64,000 nt of DNA from an uncultured Gemmatimonadaceae bacterium (GCA_963843845.1 CAWJMB010000002.1:2208001-2272000), one strand, 5' to 3'. Counted from the stretch's first letter, positions 31,544 to 42,398 are shown. Translations and numbers: made by a program. The notes: a model not told the origin generated them from the sequence alone.

Positions 31544-32722
31544 CTAGCGTCGCGCGATATCATCGCGCGTCGGCGACGGACGCTCGCCGTGACCGGCGGC
31601 GGCGTGCAGCACGCGCGCGGTGTCGTGCGCGGTGCGGCGCCACGAGAATGCCTCGGCGCGGCGCCTACCGGACGCGACGAGCTCTGCCCGTCGCTCCCCC
31701 GACCGCAGGAGGCAGTCTATCGCGTCGGCCATCGCCTCGGGATCGTTCGGCGGTACCAGCATGGCGGCATCGCCCGCGACTTCCACCACGGCCCGGATCG
31801 CGCTCGCGATGACGGGCGTGCCCGCAGCCATCGCCTCGACGACGGGGAGGCCGAACCCTTCGTAGCGCGACGGAAAGAGCAGCGCCTCGGCGCGTGCGTA
31901 GAGCGCCGTGAGCAGCTCGTCGCTCACCTCGCCGAGCTCCACGACGAACGGCTGATTCGGATCGGAGTCTGGACCCGCGACCACGGGGACTCCGAATCGC
32001 CGCCCGACGACGACGAGTGTGAGCGACGAGTGGCCGAGCGCACGCGCACGCGCGACGGCCGCGATCGCGACGCCGATGTTCTTGTGAGGCTTCTGATTGC
32101 CGACCACGAGGACGAACGGTCGCTCGACGCCGAGCGGAAGGCGTGCGCTACAGGCGTCGGGGAACCGAGTGGCGCCGTACGGCACGACCGTGACCTTGCC
32201 GCGCGATACCGGGAAGGCCAGCGCGAGGTCATCGGCCGTGGCCTGCGATCCGCACAGCACGTGCGCTGCGGCACCGATTCCATGTCGAAGCGCGAGCCAG
32301 CCGAGCCCACGTCGCGTCGCAGTCGTCGTCTCGGGCACCTTGAACGGAATGAGATCGTGCACCGTCATCACCGCGCGCGCCGGGAAGCCGACGAACGGGG
32401 TGTCCCAGTGCGGGAAGAACGTCGCGCCGCCGTCGCCGAGTCTGGAGGGAACGCGTCGCAGCCAGTCGAGCTGCGAACGTGCCGAATAGAAGCCGCCCCG
32501 GTAGGGAACGATGTCCACCGTGCCGCTCGATGGTCGGCCGGCCACGAACGACTCGAGTACGCCAGGATCGCCGAGCAACCGGAGCGTCGAGAAGGGGGGA
32601 TCCGCGAGCCAGTGCGCGAGCAGCTCCCGCAGGTAGCGCCCGATCCCCGAGGCATGAAGGCCGCGCGCGTCGATCGCGAGCGTTCCCGGGTGACACGCGA
32701 TCTGGTGCTCGGCGTGGAACAC
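31544..32722 (-). CDS. Glycosyltransferase family 4
   Basis: IDARG...SGIGRY, TVHDL, GNQKPHKN, PSRYEGFGLPVVEAMAAG. Confidence 0.9.
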   Translation of the reverse strand: MFHAEHQIACHPGTLAIDARGLHASGIGRYLRELLAHWLADPPFSTLRLLGDPGVLESFVAGRPSSGTVDIVPYRGGFYSARSQLDWLRRVPSRLGDGGATFFPHWDTPFVGFPARAVMTVHDLIPFKVPETTTATRRGLGWLALRHGIGAAAHVLCGSQATADDLALAFPVSRGKVTVVPYGATRFPDACSARLPLGVERPFVLVVGNQKPHKNIGVAIAAVARARALGHSSLTLVVVGRRFGVPVVAGPDSDPNQPFVVELGEVSDELLTALYARAEALLFPSRYEGFGLPVVEAMAAGTPVIASAIRAVVEVAGDAAMLVPPNDPEAMADAIDCLLRSGERRAELVASGRRRAEAFSWRRTAHDTARVLHAAAGHGERPSPTRDDIARR

Positions 32723-32726
32723 CAGC

Positions 32727-34079
32727 TCAGCTAAGGAGGGGGCGATCGGCGTCGAGCGCGTGCGACACCGTTCCGACCGCGCCCCACAGCGCGAACAGCG
32801 GGGCCATGAGCAGCGGCAGCAGCAGACTGTTCACGAAGAGACTGTGCACGAGCAGCGCACACGTCGCGGCGACCGTCGCGATCGCGACGGCGCGTTCGTG
32901 TGCCGTCGCACGGTCATCGCGCCACACGCGACGTGCGCGCGCGCAGAGCCGGACCACCATCGCCACGAACGTCGCCAGTCCGACCACGCCGGTGAGGACG
33001 GCGATGTAGATCAGCCCGCCGTCCAGCGAGAACGAGGAGGCGAGGCGGCCGACGTCGAAGCCGTAAGAGCGCAGCACGAATCCGTAGGTGTTGAAGCCGA
33101 TCCCGAAGATCGGGCTGTCGGCGAACAGCCGCGCCGCCTGCGCCCACGCGACGAGGCGCTGTAGCGCCGAAGCGTCGACCGTCAGCTTGTTGTACTCGCG
33201 CGCCAGGGCGAGCAGCGTGGGCGCCGCGAGCGCGGCGGCAGCGACGACGAGCACGCCGAAGCGAGCCAACCGCCGCGACGCACCCGCGACGCCTGCGACG
33301 ATACCCAGACCCACCAACGCCGCGAGGAACGAGCTGCGGGACACCGTGAGGGTCAGCGCGACGAGGAGCACGGCGAGCGGAGCCAGGCGCTGACGAGCGC
33401 CGGTGGCGATGCGGGCGGTCGCGAGCACGACGCCGAAGACGATGAGCGCGCCCGCGAAGTTGGGGTCGAGGAAGGTCGACACGAGCCGCCGTCCCTGGGC
33501 GTCCCAGTCGACGGTGACGACCGACTCGGGGTACACGACCTGCGCGAACCCCGGGATGAAGATGGCCTGGACGACGCCGAATGACGCGAACCCCAGAATC
33601 ACCCGCTCGAGCGTCCTGGTGAGCGTCGGCACGTCCGCCCGCCGCACGCAGTTAACGACCACGACGTAGATGGCGAAATACGCGGCCCAGCGAGCGAGAT
33701 ACGCGAGGCTGTAGGCGAGCTCACTCGCCGCCAGGCCGAAGCGCGGCGCGGCCGCGAGCGCGCTTCCGCCGCCGATCGCGACGAACAGCGCGCCGCCGCG
33801 TGCGACGCCGTCGAGAATCAACGAGCGACCGACGGCGACGGAGAGCGCGCCGGCGATCAGCAGGAGCGCGACCGCGCCGTCGGTCGCGAGGAGGGGCGCG
33901 GCACGTGTGCCGCCGCCGAACGATGGGACACGAGCGAGGTTGCCGAGTCCGATCATCCAGAGCACGAGCTGAACGAACGTGACCACACGAACCGTCGCGA
34001 CCGGCGCACCCGAGCGCGCCTCGCCCGAGCGAATGCCGACAGGCGCGCGCGTGTCCGCCGTGCTCACCGCGCCACTCAC
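32727..34079 (-). CDS. O-antigen ligase/Wzy polymerase-like membrane protein
   Basis: Multi-TM; RLVSTFLDPNFAG, TVSRSS, R..W...SPIFGIG, GVVGL. Confidence 0.75.
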   Translation of the reverse strand: MSGAVSTADTRAPVGIRSGEARSGAPVATVRVVTFVQLVLWMIGLGNLARVPSFGGGTRAAPLLATDGAVALLLIAGALSVAVGRSLILDGVARGGALFVAIGGGSALAAAPRFGLAASELAYSLAYLARWAAYFAIYVVVVNCVRRADVPTLTRTLERVILGFASFGVVQAIFIPGFAQVVYPESVVTVDWDAQGRRLVSTFLDPNFAGALIVFGVVLATARIATGARQRLAPLAVLLVALTLTVSRSSFLAALVGLGIVAGVAGASRRLARFGVLVVAAAALAAPTLLALAREYNKLTVDASALQRLVAWAQAARLFADSPIFGIGFNTYGFVLRSYGFDVGRLASSFSLDGGLIYIAVLTGVVGLATFVAMVVRLCARARRVWRDDRATAHERAVAIATVAATCALLVHSLFVNSLLLPLLMAPLFALWGAVGTVSHALDADRPLLS

Positions 34080-36082
34080 GTGAGGACGACCGCGACCAGA
34101 TCGGCACCACTCGCACTCAGGGCGGTGGCCGCCTCCAACAGCTCGGACCGCTTCGTTCCACGACGCGCCACGAGAACCGTCACCAGCCCGGGGGCGACGC
34201 TCGCGAGCCCGCCTGGCTCGCTCAGTGCCGGGAGCGTTCGCGCGCTCGACGCGTGCGCGAGCACACGACGCGTGCCGTCATCCTCCCCTGCCGCACGCAC
34301 CATCGCTGACGTGTTGCCTGCCGTGACTACGGCGTGCGCCCCGTTCGGGTGATCGGGCGCTCGGAGCCACCGCGCGACGGCATCCGCGTCGGCATCGGTC
34401 GACAGCGGTGCGAATGCGAGGTCACGGCGCGGCGCGACGGCCGCGAAGAAGAGCGGTGTTCCACGCCCGAGACGTGCGGCCGGAACGCCGAGGAGTCTTC
34501 CGGCCTCGCTGGGAGCAGCCACTGTCGGGGAGAACAGCAGCGTGACGACGACGACGGCGATGCCGACGAGCGCACCTGCCGCCAGTGCCGACGCCATGAC
34601 GGGCAGGGGTCGCGGGAATGTCGGTCGTTTCGGCACGAACGCATGGTCGATCTGCCGCACGTCCCCCCCTTCCCCGATCGCGGCGAGCTGCGCGTCCAAC
34701 AGCTGCGTCTGGAGCGCGAGCGTCGCCTGACTCAATCGTCGCACGTCACGGGTACGACGGCCGAACTCCTGCCCTGCGGCCGGAAGCGCGGCGACCGAGG
34801 AATCGAAGCGGGCCGTCAACGTCGACAGCTCGGCACGCTGACGGCGCAGCGCACCCGCGTAGGCCACGCCGATGGGTCGAAGCTGACCTTCGAGCTGGCG
34901 GATGCTCGTCGTCAGCGATTGCACCTCCGGATCGGCTTCCGTGCGGCGCTCGAGCAACGTGGTGCGCTGGATGTCCAGCCTCGAGAGCTGCGCGAGGATC
35001 TCGTTGATCGCCGGGCTTCGCAGGAAGGTCGGGTACGCGGCGAGCTGGCGGTCGTTGATCGTTCCGGAGGTGACCTGCGCCAACATCTGATCGAGCGCAG
35101 CGCGCTCGACTTCGTTCGCTGCCACCTGCTCGCGCAGTTTGCTCTCACCCTCGAGATCGAGGCGGGCGACGAGCTCCGGGTCCAGCACCCCGGTTCGCTC
35201 CTGATAGCTGCGCAACGCGGCTTCCGCGCTCGCGAGCTGTGCGCCGACGCTGTCCAACTGCAACGAGACGAACTCGGCGCGGTGCTGGTTGACGCCACGG
35301 TCGACGGTCTTGCGACGAGCGAGGTAGTGCGCCACGAGCGCATTCGGGACCGAGGCAGCGGACAGCGAGTCCGGCGCTGCGAAGCTCAGCCGCGCGACGT
35401 CTCCCCCGACCTTGTCGACCCCGAGTCGCTTGCCCAGCCGCTCCATCGCATCTTCCCGGTCGAGCACCTGCACCTCGAACACGTCGGGAAGCGGCTCGGG
35501 CGCGAGCGCCAGCACGCCGGCGCCGGTGACGAGCGGTCGTCCGGGCGCGACACGCGCGTCGAGGCCGCGACCGGTGACGCGGAAGCCGCCGCCGTCGCGC
35601 GTGAAGCGCATCCGGATCTTTCTGAACGCCCCCGCATAGGGGCGCGGCTGCACCAGAGTCCACGGTGCCGCCCCTGCCGGTTCGACCACCCGCACCTGAA
35701 GACCCAGCGAGTCGCTGACCGCTTCGAGCAAGCTGCGACTCCGGAGAATCTGGAGCTCGGTCTCGATGGACGACCGCAGCGGCGCCGCCATGCCCGCCGG
35801 GGCGAGGTCGGTCGGCACCCCGAGGCGCGAGAGGAGCGAGCCGCCGGCCCCGTCGCGGTCTCGTACGAGGACGGTCGACGCTCCGTCGTAGCGCCGGGGC
35901 GCGAACACCAGGAGGGCGACTCCGATCGCCGCGGCGCTCAGTACGGCGCCCGCGATCGTACGCCATCTGCGCCGCAGCGCGCCGACGATCTCGCCGACCT
36001 CGACGACGTCGGCGGCGCGGGGCGGCGGGACGACGAATGCTCGAGACGACGGCGTCGGATCCGACGGCGACGCGCTCGTCAT
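34076..36082 (-). CDS. Wzc/GumC-like polysaccharide co-polymerase with degenerate kinase-like C-terminus
   Basis: N-terminal TM, ETELQILRSR, coiled-coils, IDHAFVPKRPTFP + TM; no Walker A or Tyr cluster. Confidence 0.8.
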   Translation of the reverse strand: MTSASPSDPTPSSRAFVVPPPRAADVVEVGEIVGALRRRWRTIAGAVLSAAAIGVALLVFAPRRYDGASTVLVRDRDGAGGSLLSRLGVPTDLAPAGMAAPLRSSIETELQILRSRSLLEAVSDSLGLQVRVVEPAGAAPWTLVQPRPYAGAFRKIRMRFTRDGGGFRVTGRGLDARVAPGRPLVTGAGVLALAPEPLPDVFEVQVLDREDAMERLGKRLGVDKVGGDVARLSFAAPDSLSAASVPNALVAHYLARRKTVDRGVNQHRAEFVSLQLDSVGAQLASAEAALRSYQERTGVLDPELVARLDLEGESKLREQVAANEVERAALDQMLAQVTSGTINDRQLAAYPTFLRSPAINEILAQLSRLDIQRTTLLERRTEADPEVQSLTTSIRQLEGQLRPIGVAYAGALRRQRAELSTLTARFDSSVAALPAAGQEFGRRTRDVRRLSQATLALQTQLLDAQLAAIGEGGDVRQIDHAFVPKRPTFPRPLPVMASALAAGALVGIAVVVVTLLFSPTVAAPSEAGRLLGVPAARLGRGTPLFFAAVAPRRDLAFAPLSTDADADAVARWLRAPDHPNGAHAVVTAGNTSAMVRAAGEDDGTRRVLAHASSARTLPALSEPGGLASVAPGLVTVLVARRGTKRSELLEAATALSASGADLVAVVLT

Positions 36083-36858
36083 CTGAACGCCGAGACGAGC
36101 ACGGAGACCGCGACCGCGAACGATGACGCGGCCGCGACGCCGTTCCGGGCGAGCCACCCCCGGCGCGCGACCACGATGCGATCGCCGGAGCGCACCGTCT
36201 CCGCCGCCCCGTTCGGCCCGTCCCACCGACCGAGGGCGATGCGCTGGGTGCCACGGATGAGTTCCACGCGGTTCGGGTTGCCGTCGTCGGCGATCCCGCC
36301 GGCCTGCGCGATGAGGTCCCGCACCGACGTCACCGGCTCGACGTAGAAGACGTCGGGCTTCTTCACCGCGCCGAGCACGGCGACGCGTCGGAGGACGACG
36401 AGATCGATGTAGGGTTCGCGGAGGAAGCGGCCCAGCCGGCGCACGACCGAGTCGCGGACGACGAGCGGTGCGAGCCCCGCGACGCGAAGCACGCCGATCC
36501 GGGGCAAGGATACGTCGCCGGCGGCGTCGACCGAGAAGGTCCCGCCCCACGTCGTCTCCCGCCAGACGCGGAGCACGAGGCGATCGCCGGCCGCGACCGG
36601 GTCGATCCCGAGCGTGCCGGCGGCGGTCGTGTCCCGCGCCTGGCTGGAGCTGGCCGTCGTGGACGCCGGCGGCTGGGCGATCTGCGCCGCGGCGACCTGG
36701 GGCGCGCGGGTAGCGGCCGCGCAGACGAGTGCGAACAGTGCCCCGATGCGTCTCGCGGGCCGGTTGCGTCGGCCACGACGCGAGCGGTCCGCGAGAGGGC
36801 GGCGCGGCAGCGCGCCGGATCGGTCGGCTAGAGGTGTGGCGATGTGGGCACTCCGCAT
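36079..36858 (-). CDS. Polysaccharide biosynthesis/export protein (Wza-like, one SLBB)
   Basis: GDRLVLRVW, VDAAGDVSLPRIG, VLGAVKKP, AGG, SGDRIVV. Confidence 0.82.
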   Translation of the reverse strand: MRSAHIATPLADRSGALPRRPLADRSRRGRRNRPARRIGALFALVCAAATRAPQVAAAQIAQPPASTTASSSQARDTTAAGTLGIDPVAAGDRLVLRVWRETTWGGTFSVDAAGDVSLPRIGVLRVAGLAPLVVRDSVVRRLGRFLREPYIDLVVLRRVAVLGAVKKPDVFYVEPVTSVRDLIAQAGGIADDGNPNRVELIRGTQRIALGRWDGPNGAAETVRSGDRIVVARRGWLARNGVAAASSFAVAVSVLVSAFR

Positions 36859-37124
36859 GGTGGACGTCGAACGCGAGCCTGCCCGAAGCAGTCGGGAGCT
36901 ACGTGCCCGCAAATTGACACGACGCAGGCATGCACGCGAGGCATTCAATGTGCGTTGCGTGGCGCGCCGGATGCGGCGACGTGATCGACGAAGAGGGCGG
37001 TAGGACCTCCGTCGCTACTATGCGATCCACGTCTCGGTTAGGTTACCCGCGGTTTCGGTAGCGACTCGCGCGCTCCACTCGTTCACGTCAGCTGCAGCTG
37101 CGACCTACCGGCTCCCTGGACAGC

Positions 37125-37985
37125 ATGCCTCAGCGCCCGCTGCGCGCAACACCGCCCGACGAGAAAGCTACGAGAGCCGTACGCGCGGAACGCGTGTCGT
37201 GGGAGCCCACGGGAAGTTCGCCGTCGCCCATGCGCGCGGCGACCACAGCCAACCGAGCCGACGGCGTTCGGGCCGTCGGCGCCGCAGCCCGCTCGACGTC
37301 GTCGCCGTCGCCACTCGGCCACACGGTCGAGATCACTCCGCTGGCGGACGCGCGTCGGCGCGCGCACAGTCGGAGTTGGCGGCTCGTCGCCAAGCGCGGA
37401 ATCGACATCGTCGGCGCCATCGTGGGACTCGTCGTGAGCGCGCCGATCCTCCTCCTGCTCGCGCCGGCGATCCGGCTGGAATCGTCGGGGCGGGTCTTCT
37501 TCTCGCAGACACGCATCGGGCGCAACGGGCGTACGTTCCAGTGCTACAAGCTCCGGACGATGTGCGATGACGCGGAGCGCCAACTCGCGGAAAATGGGGC
37601 GCTTCGCGACAGCTACCGCCGGCACGACTTCAAGATTCCCGCGCACGTCGATCACCGCGTGACGCCGCTCGGTCGGTTCCTTCGCATCACCAGCCTCGAC
37701 GAGCTTCCGCAGTTCTGGAACGTGCTGCGCGGCGAGATGTCGCTCGTTGGGCCACGCCCGATCGTGCCCGCGGAGCTCGCGCACTACGCCACGCAGCGCG
37801 CCACCCTGCTCTCCATGCGTCCCGGCCTCACCGGTGCCTGGGCGGTGAGCGGCCGGAGCCGAGTCGGCTATCCTCACCGCGCCGCGATCGAGCTCGACTA
37901 CGTCCGACGCTGGTCGGTGCATCGTGACATCACGATCATGCTGCGGACCGTGCTCGTGGTGCTGCAGCGTCGCGGCGCCTACTGA
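37125..37985 (+). CDS. Sugar transferase (WcaJ/CpsE-type phosphoglycosyl transferase)
   Basis: [52 protein letters not shown]. Confidence 0.92.
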   Translation: MPQRPLRATPPDEKATRAVRAERVSWEPTGSSPSPMRAATTANRADGVRAVGAAARSTSSPSPLGHTVEITPLADARRRAHSRSWRLVAKRGIDIVGAIVGLVVSAPILLLLAPAIRLESSGRVFFSQTRIGRNGRTFQCYKLRTMCDDAERQLAENGALRDSYRRHDFKIPAHVDHRVTPLGRFLRITSLDELPQFWNVLRGEMSLVGPRPIVPAELAHYATQRATLLSMRPGLTGAWAVSGRSRVGYPHRAAIELDYVRRWSVHRDITIMLRTVLVVLQRRGAY

Positions 37986-39187
37986 CGCGCGAGGTCGTCG
38001 CCAGAACGACCGCGTCGCATGGCGCGCTGGTGCCGGTCCAGCTCGCGCGCGAGCACGTCGCCGAACTCTCGGCGAAATCGCGCAGGGGAGAAACGTTCGG
38101 CGTTGCGTCGACAGGCGTCGTGCGAGATTCGCGTCGCATGCGCCTCGAACGTCCGGACTGCCTCCACGACGGCTTGCGCGGACTGCGCGTCGAACAATAC
38201 GCCGCACGGCTCGTCGCACTCGAGACCCGGAATGGTTTCGGGGAGCGCGCCACCAGCGTAGGCGATGACCGGCGTGCCGACCGCCTGCGCCTCCAGCGGC
38301 GCGATACCGAAATCTTCGACCGCGCAGAAGAGGAACGCCCGCGCCGCCCGCAGCTGCGTCACCAACTCGGCGCGCGACACGTGACCCAGGAGCGTCACGT
38401 TCCGTCCCGCCCGCGCCCGAATGCGCGCTGCCTCAGGCCCATCGCCGATCACGACGAGGTGCCGGTCCGGCATGGAGCGGAAGGCGTCGACGATGACGTC
38501 GAGACGCTTGTACGGAACGAAACGCGACGCGGTCACATAGTGGTCGCCACGCGGCCCCGCCGGAGTGAACGTGTCGACATCCACCGGAGGGTAGACGACA
38601 GTCGATGACCGACGGTACGCCTTCTCGATACGGCGAGCGATGAAGTGCGAGATCGCGATGAATGCGTCGACGTTCGCCGCCGTTCGGACATCCCATTCAC
38701 GAATGCGAGACAACAACCGGCGCGTGAACAGCCCCGTGGGACCGTAGCCTAGCCCCGCCTGCGCGAGGTACTCGTGCTGAAGGTCCCACGCGTAGCGGAT
38801 GGGCGAGTAGCACATGCACAGGTGCAGCTGGTCCGGCCCGGTCAGCACCCCTTTCGCGACCGCATGACTACTCGACACGACCACGTCATATCCCGTGACG
38901 TCCAGCTGCTCGATCGCGAATGGCATGAGCGGCAGGAGCAGCCGATGCCGCTTCCGCAGCACGGGGAGCCGGTCGAGGATGGACGTCAGGATGTGTCGGC
39001 CGTGGAGAAAGCCGCGTTCCGACTCCGGAAGCGTGTCGATGAGCGTCGCCACGTCCGCCGTCGGGAGCACGCGCAGCATTTCGGCCAGCACGCGCTCCGA
39101 GCCGGCGTTCGTGACGAGCCACTCGTGCACCACGACGGCACGCGCCCCGGCACCCCCGCCGTGCCGCGCCTCCGAGGGGGAGGTCAG
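37979..39187 (-). CDS. Glycosyltransferase family 4 (WbaZ-like); possible CTG start
   Basis: VHEWL..AGSERV, SSSHAVAKG, SPIRYAWD, YPPVD, EDFGIAPLEAQA. Confidence 0.88.
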   Translation of the reverse strand: MTSPSEARHGGGAGARAVVVHEWLVTNAGSERVLAEMLRVLPTADVATLIDTLPESERGFLHGRHILTSILDRLPVLRKRHRLLLPLMPFAIEQLDVTGYDVVVSSSHAVAKGVLTGPDQLHLCMCYSPIRYAWDLQHEYLAQAGLGYGPTGLFTRRLLSRIREWDVRTAANVDAFIAISHFIARRIEKAYRRSSTVVYPPVDVDTFTPAGPRGDHYVTASRFVPYKRLDVIVDAFRSMPDRHLVVIGDGPEAARIRARAGRNVTLLGHVSRAELVTQLRAARAFLFCAVEDFGIAPLEAQAVGTPVIAYAGGALPETIPGLECDEPCGVLFDAQSAQAVVEAVRTFEAHATRISHDACRRNAERFSPARFRREFGDVLARELDRHQRAMRRGRSGDDLARQ

Positions 39188-41268
39188 ACGCGATCCCCGG
39201 TTGGACCGAGTTGCAGTTCTGCGAAACCGGGCACCGACGGCCGCGGGCGGGCGCGCGGCATCGGGTCCGTCGGTCGAATGGGCGGCCGCGTCGGGCTCGG
39301 CGGACCACCCGCGGATCCCGACCACGCGTAGTCCGGAACGAGCGACCGGATCGCTGCCCGCAACGTCGCATCCGGACGTCCCGACCGTGCCATAGCGATC
39401 AACTCGTCGACCGATGGCGGGCCGCCCAGGTCGATCGCGGCGTGTTTCGCGCGGAGCACCTTGGGGTGCTCCGTGGGAGTCGCGCTCTCGGCGTCGAAGA
39501 AGAGCTCTTCGTAGAGCTTCTCGCCGGGCCGGATGCCAGTCTCCTTGATCTCGATGTCGACACCTTCCTCGAGCCCGGAGAGGCGAATCACGTCTCGCGC
39601 GAGGTCGTAGATCCGTATCGGCTCGCCCATGTCGAGCACGAAGACCTCGGAGCCTTCCGCCATCGTCCAGGCTTGCAGGACCAGGTGCACCGCCTCCGGG
39701 ATCGTCATGAAATAGCGGCGCATCTCGCGATCGGTGATCGTGACCGGACCGCCCGCCTGGATCTGACGAAGGAAGATCGGCACCACGCTTCCGCGGCTGC
39801 CGAGCACATTGCCGAAGCGCACCGAGACGAAGTGGCGGAGCGCGTCCTGCTCGTAGCGCTGGACGATCCCCTCGGCGAGTCGCTTCGTCGCGCCCATGAC
39901 GCTCGTGGGTCGGACGGCCTTGTCGCTCGAGATCAGGACGAACCGCTCTGCGCCGTAGCTCCACGCGAGGTCGGCGACGACCTGGGTCCCGAGCACGTTG
40001 TTCAGGATCGCTTCGGCCACATTCTCCTCCATCAGCGGCACGTGCTTGTGCGCCGCCGCGTGGAACACGGTGTGTGGTCGGTAGCGATCGAACACCTCGC
40101 GCATCCGTGCCTCGTCGCGGACGTCGGCGATGACCGGCAGCACCGGTCGGTCGGGCACCAGGCTCCGCAGGTCCTGGAGGAGATCGAAGATGGAGTTCTC
40201 GCCGCGGCCGACGGCGATCAGCGTTGCAGGCTCGAGGGTCGCCAGCTGCCGGCACAGTTCGCTACCGATCGAGCCGCCGGCCCCGGTGACGAGAATCGTC
40301 CGGCCGTGCGCGCGCTCTCGAACGCGCCCGAGTTCAGCGCTCACGGGCTCTCGGCGCAACAGGTCCGCGATCTCGACACGCCGGAGGGCGCTCACCGCCT
40401 TCCGTCCATTGATCAGCTCGAAGAGCCCCGGCACGGTTCGCACGGCGACGGGGGCCGCTGCGGCCGCACGAACGATGTCGCGAACCGTCTTCCCCGGGGC
40501 GCTCGGCATCGCGATGATGACCTCGTCGATCGACTCCCGCTGCACGACGGCCACCAGCGTGTTCAGGGCGCCGACGATCTCCACGCCGTGCATGCTCCGA
40601 CTCAGCTTCGACGGATCGTCGTCGACGAAGGCGATCGGGATGAGGCCGAGCTGCGGGTTCTCGAGCAGCTCGCGCGCGATCATGGCGCCAGCCGCCCCGG
40701 CGCCGGCGATGAGCACGCGCTTCCCGTTCACAGGCCGCCCACGTTTGGCGTTCAGGAGTCGGGCGCGGACCGTGAGTCGCGGGATGGCGATGAGCACCGC
40801 GCCGAGGAGCGCGTCGAGCGCGATCACCGACAGCGGCACCCGTGAGAACGAGAGCCGAAGCAGCGGGATGACCGAGACCCCGATGACCAGGCTCGCGAGC
40901 GCCGCCCCACCGAGTGCCAGGGCGAGGTGTTTGTAGTCGTCGATGCTCGCGTAGCGCCAGAGCCGGCTGTAGAGGCCGGCGCGCCACATCAGCGCGAGCT
41001 TGACAGGAACGCCGACTGCCGCGAAGGCGATGAACACCTCGCTGGCCCCGTCCGGCCACGACGCGCTCTCGAACCGGATCGTGAACGCGAGCCAGATCGC
41101 GACGGGTAGCAGGCACGCATCGACGAGTAACAGATAGCGATTGCGGAGACGCGTCGACGTACGCGTCCACCGCTCCTGCTCGGACGTTCGACTCATGAGT
41201 GCGACGGCTCGCTGACGTGTGCCCGGCTCATCCGAGGGCGCATCCTTGGGCATAGGCGAACCGGACAA
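39184..41268 (-). CDS. Nucleoside-diphosphate sugar 4,6-dehydratase, CapD/WbpM/PglF family
   Basis: N-terminal TMs, TGAGGSIGSEL, HAAAHKHVP, SSDKAV, MGATK, RFGNVLGSRGSV, GIRPGEKLYEEL. Confidence 0.93.
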   Translation of the reverse strand: MSGSPMPKDAPSDEPGTRQRAVALMSRTSEQERWTRTSTRLRNRYLLLVDACLLPVAIWLAFTIRFESASWPDGASEVFIAFAAVGVPVKLALMWRAGLYSRLWRYASIDDYKHLALALGGAALASLVIGVSVIPLLRLSFSRVPLSVIALDALLGAVLIAIPRLTVRARLLNAKRGRPVNGKRVLIAGAGAAGAMIARELLENPQLGLIPIAFVDDDPSKLSRSMHGVEIVGALNTLVAVVQRESIDEVIIAMPSAPGKTVRDIVRAAAAAPVAVRTVPGLFELINGRKAVSALRRVEIADLLRREPVSAELGRVRERAHGRTILVTGAGGSIGSELCRQLATLEPATLIAVGRGENSIFDLLQDLRSLVPDRPVLPVIADVRDEARMREVFDRYRPHTVFHAAAHKHVPLMEENVAEAILNNVLGTQVVADLAWSYGAERFVLISSDKAVRPTSVMGATKRLAEGIVQRYEQDALRHFVSVRFGNVLGSRGSVVPIFLRQIQAGGPVTITDREMRRYFMTIPEAVHLVLQAWTMAEGSEVFVLDMGEPIRIYDLARDVIRLSGLEEGVDIEIKETGIRPGEKLYEELFFDAESATPTEHPKVLRAKHAAIDLGGPPSVDELIAMARSGRPDATLRAAIRSLVPDYAWSGSAGGPPSPTRPPIRPTDPMPRARPRPSVPGFAELQLGPTGDRV

Positions 41269-41337
41269 ACTAATCCGGTCCGCCCGGAGACGCCCCTGGA
41301 GCGGCGCTGCCGCACCGATCCGTCGCCGCGACGACGG

Positions 41338-42396
41338 TTACCGTGTCCGAAGGGCCTCGCCGAGCTCGGATCCGCGAGACCCGGATCGAGCGACGATCCG
41401 CTCGAGGATCACTCCTACGACGACGAGAAACACCGCGTAGGAGCCGGTGGCCATTCCGAACATCCCCGTCGGCGCGAACAGCGCGATGAGCGCGCCGACG
41501 GCCGCGCACGAGCCATACAGGATCGTCGTTCGAGCGTGGGACCACGGGCCGTTCGCCAGACGCTGGTACAGATGCTCACGATGCGCGATCCAGATCCGGT
41601 CGCCGCGCACCGAGCGCCGCACCAGCGTGACGAGCGCATCGCCGAAGAGGGGCGCGAGCGGAAGGTACGAGCGAACGACCGACGCGTCGTTCTCGTGCAT
41701 CAGGGCGATCCCGAGCACGACGACGATCACGCCGAACGCGCCGGAGCCGACGTCTCCGAGGAAGATTCGAGCCGGCGACCAGTTCCACACGAGGAAACCG
41801 ACCGCCGCGCCGGCGGTCGCCGCCGCGCCCTGCTGGACGGCTGAGCCCGCGGGGACGGCGGACGAGACGAAGGACGCGTACAACAGCAGCTGGGACGCGA
41901 TCAGCCCGTCGATGCCATCCATGAAATTCGTCACGTTGATCGCCGACACGGTCCACACGATCCACCAGAGCGGGACGAGGACCGCTGGTAGCGCGATCGG
42001 ACCGCTCGCCCCAGCTGCCGCCGCGACCGATGCGATGGCGACGCCGGCGACCACGTGCACGGCGAGCCTGATGCGCGCCGGCACGGCGTCATGGTCGTCG
42101 CACCACCCGACCCACGCGACGATCGCGACCGCCGCACCGATCGCGATCGCCGAGATCCCGGTGAGCGCTCGGCTCGCCGCGAGGAGACCCAGAGCGCCGA
42201 GCAGAACGAGAACCGCCCCGAGGCCGCCTCCGCGCGGCGTCGGGACGGTGTGCGAGCTTCGCTCGTTCGGGTGGTCGAGCACCCCGCGCCGGAGCGCATA
42301 GCGGCGCACGCCGCCGACGGTCACCCACGACGCGGCTCCCGCGAGGAGGAAGAGCGCGACCGGCCACCACACAGCTCGCCAGACGAACGGCAACAC
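41338..42396 (-). CDS. MraY/WecA-family polyprenyl-phosphate HexNAc-1-P transferase (WbpL-like)
   Basis: PNERSSH..PTPRGGG, NFMDGIDG, IFLGDVGS, AHREHLYQ. Confidence 0.9.
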   Translation of the reverse strand: MLPFVWRAVWWPVALFLLAGAASWVTVGGVRRYALRRGVLDHPNERSSHTVPTPRGGGLGAVLVLLGALGLLAASRALTGISAIAIGAAVAIVAWVGWCDDHDAVPARIRLAVHVVAGVAIASVAAAAGASGPIALPAVLVPLWWIVWTVSAINVTNFMDGIDGLIASQLLLYASFVSSAVPAGSAVQQGAAATAGAAVGFLVWNWSPARIFLGDVGSGAFGVIVVVLGIALMHENDASVVRSYLPLAPLFGDALVTLVRRSVRGDRIWIAHREHLYQRLANGPWSHARTTILYGSCAAVGALIALFAPTGMFGMATGSYAVFLVVVGVILERIVARSGSRGSELGEALRTR

Positions 42397-42398
42397 GG

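Noticed and set aside
36996..37003. ops-like GGCGGTAG upstream of the sugar transferase
   Set aside because: Lacks the rest of the ops/JUMPstart consensus, no RfaH-type gene here, plausible by chance at this GC
37011..37075. Inverted repeat GTCGCTAC...GTAGCGAC as a riboswitch or ncRNA
   Set aside because: Only 8 bp with a long loop and no recognisable family features
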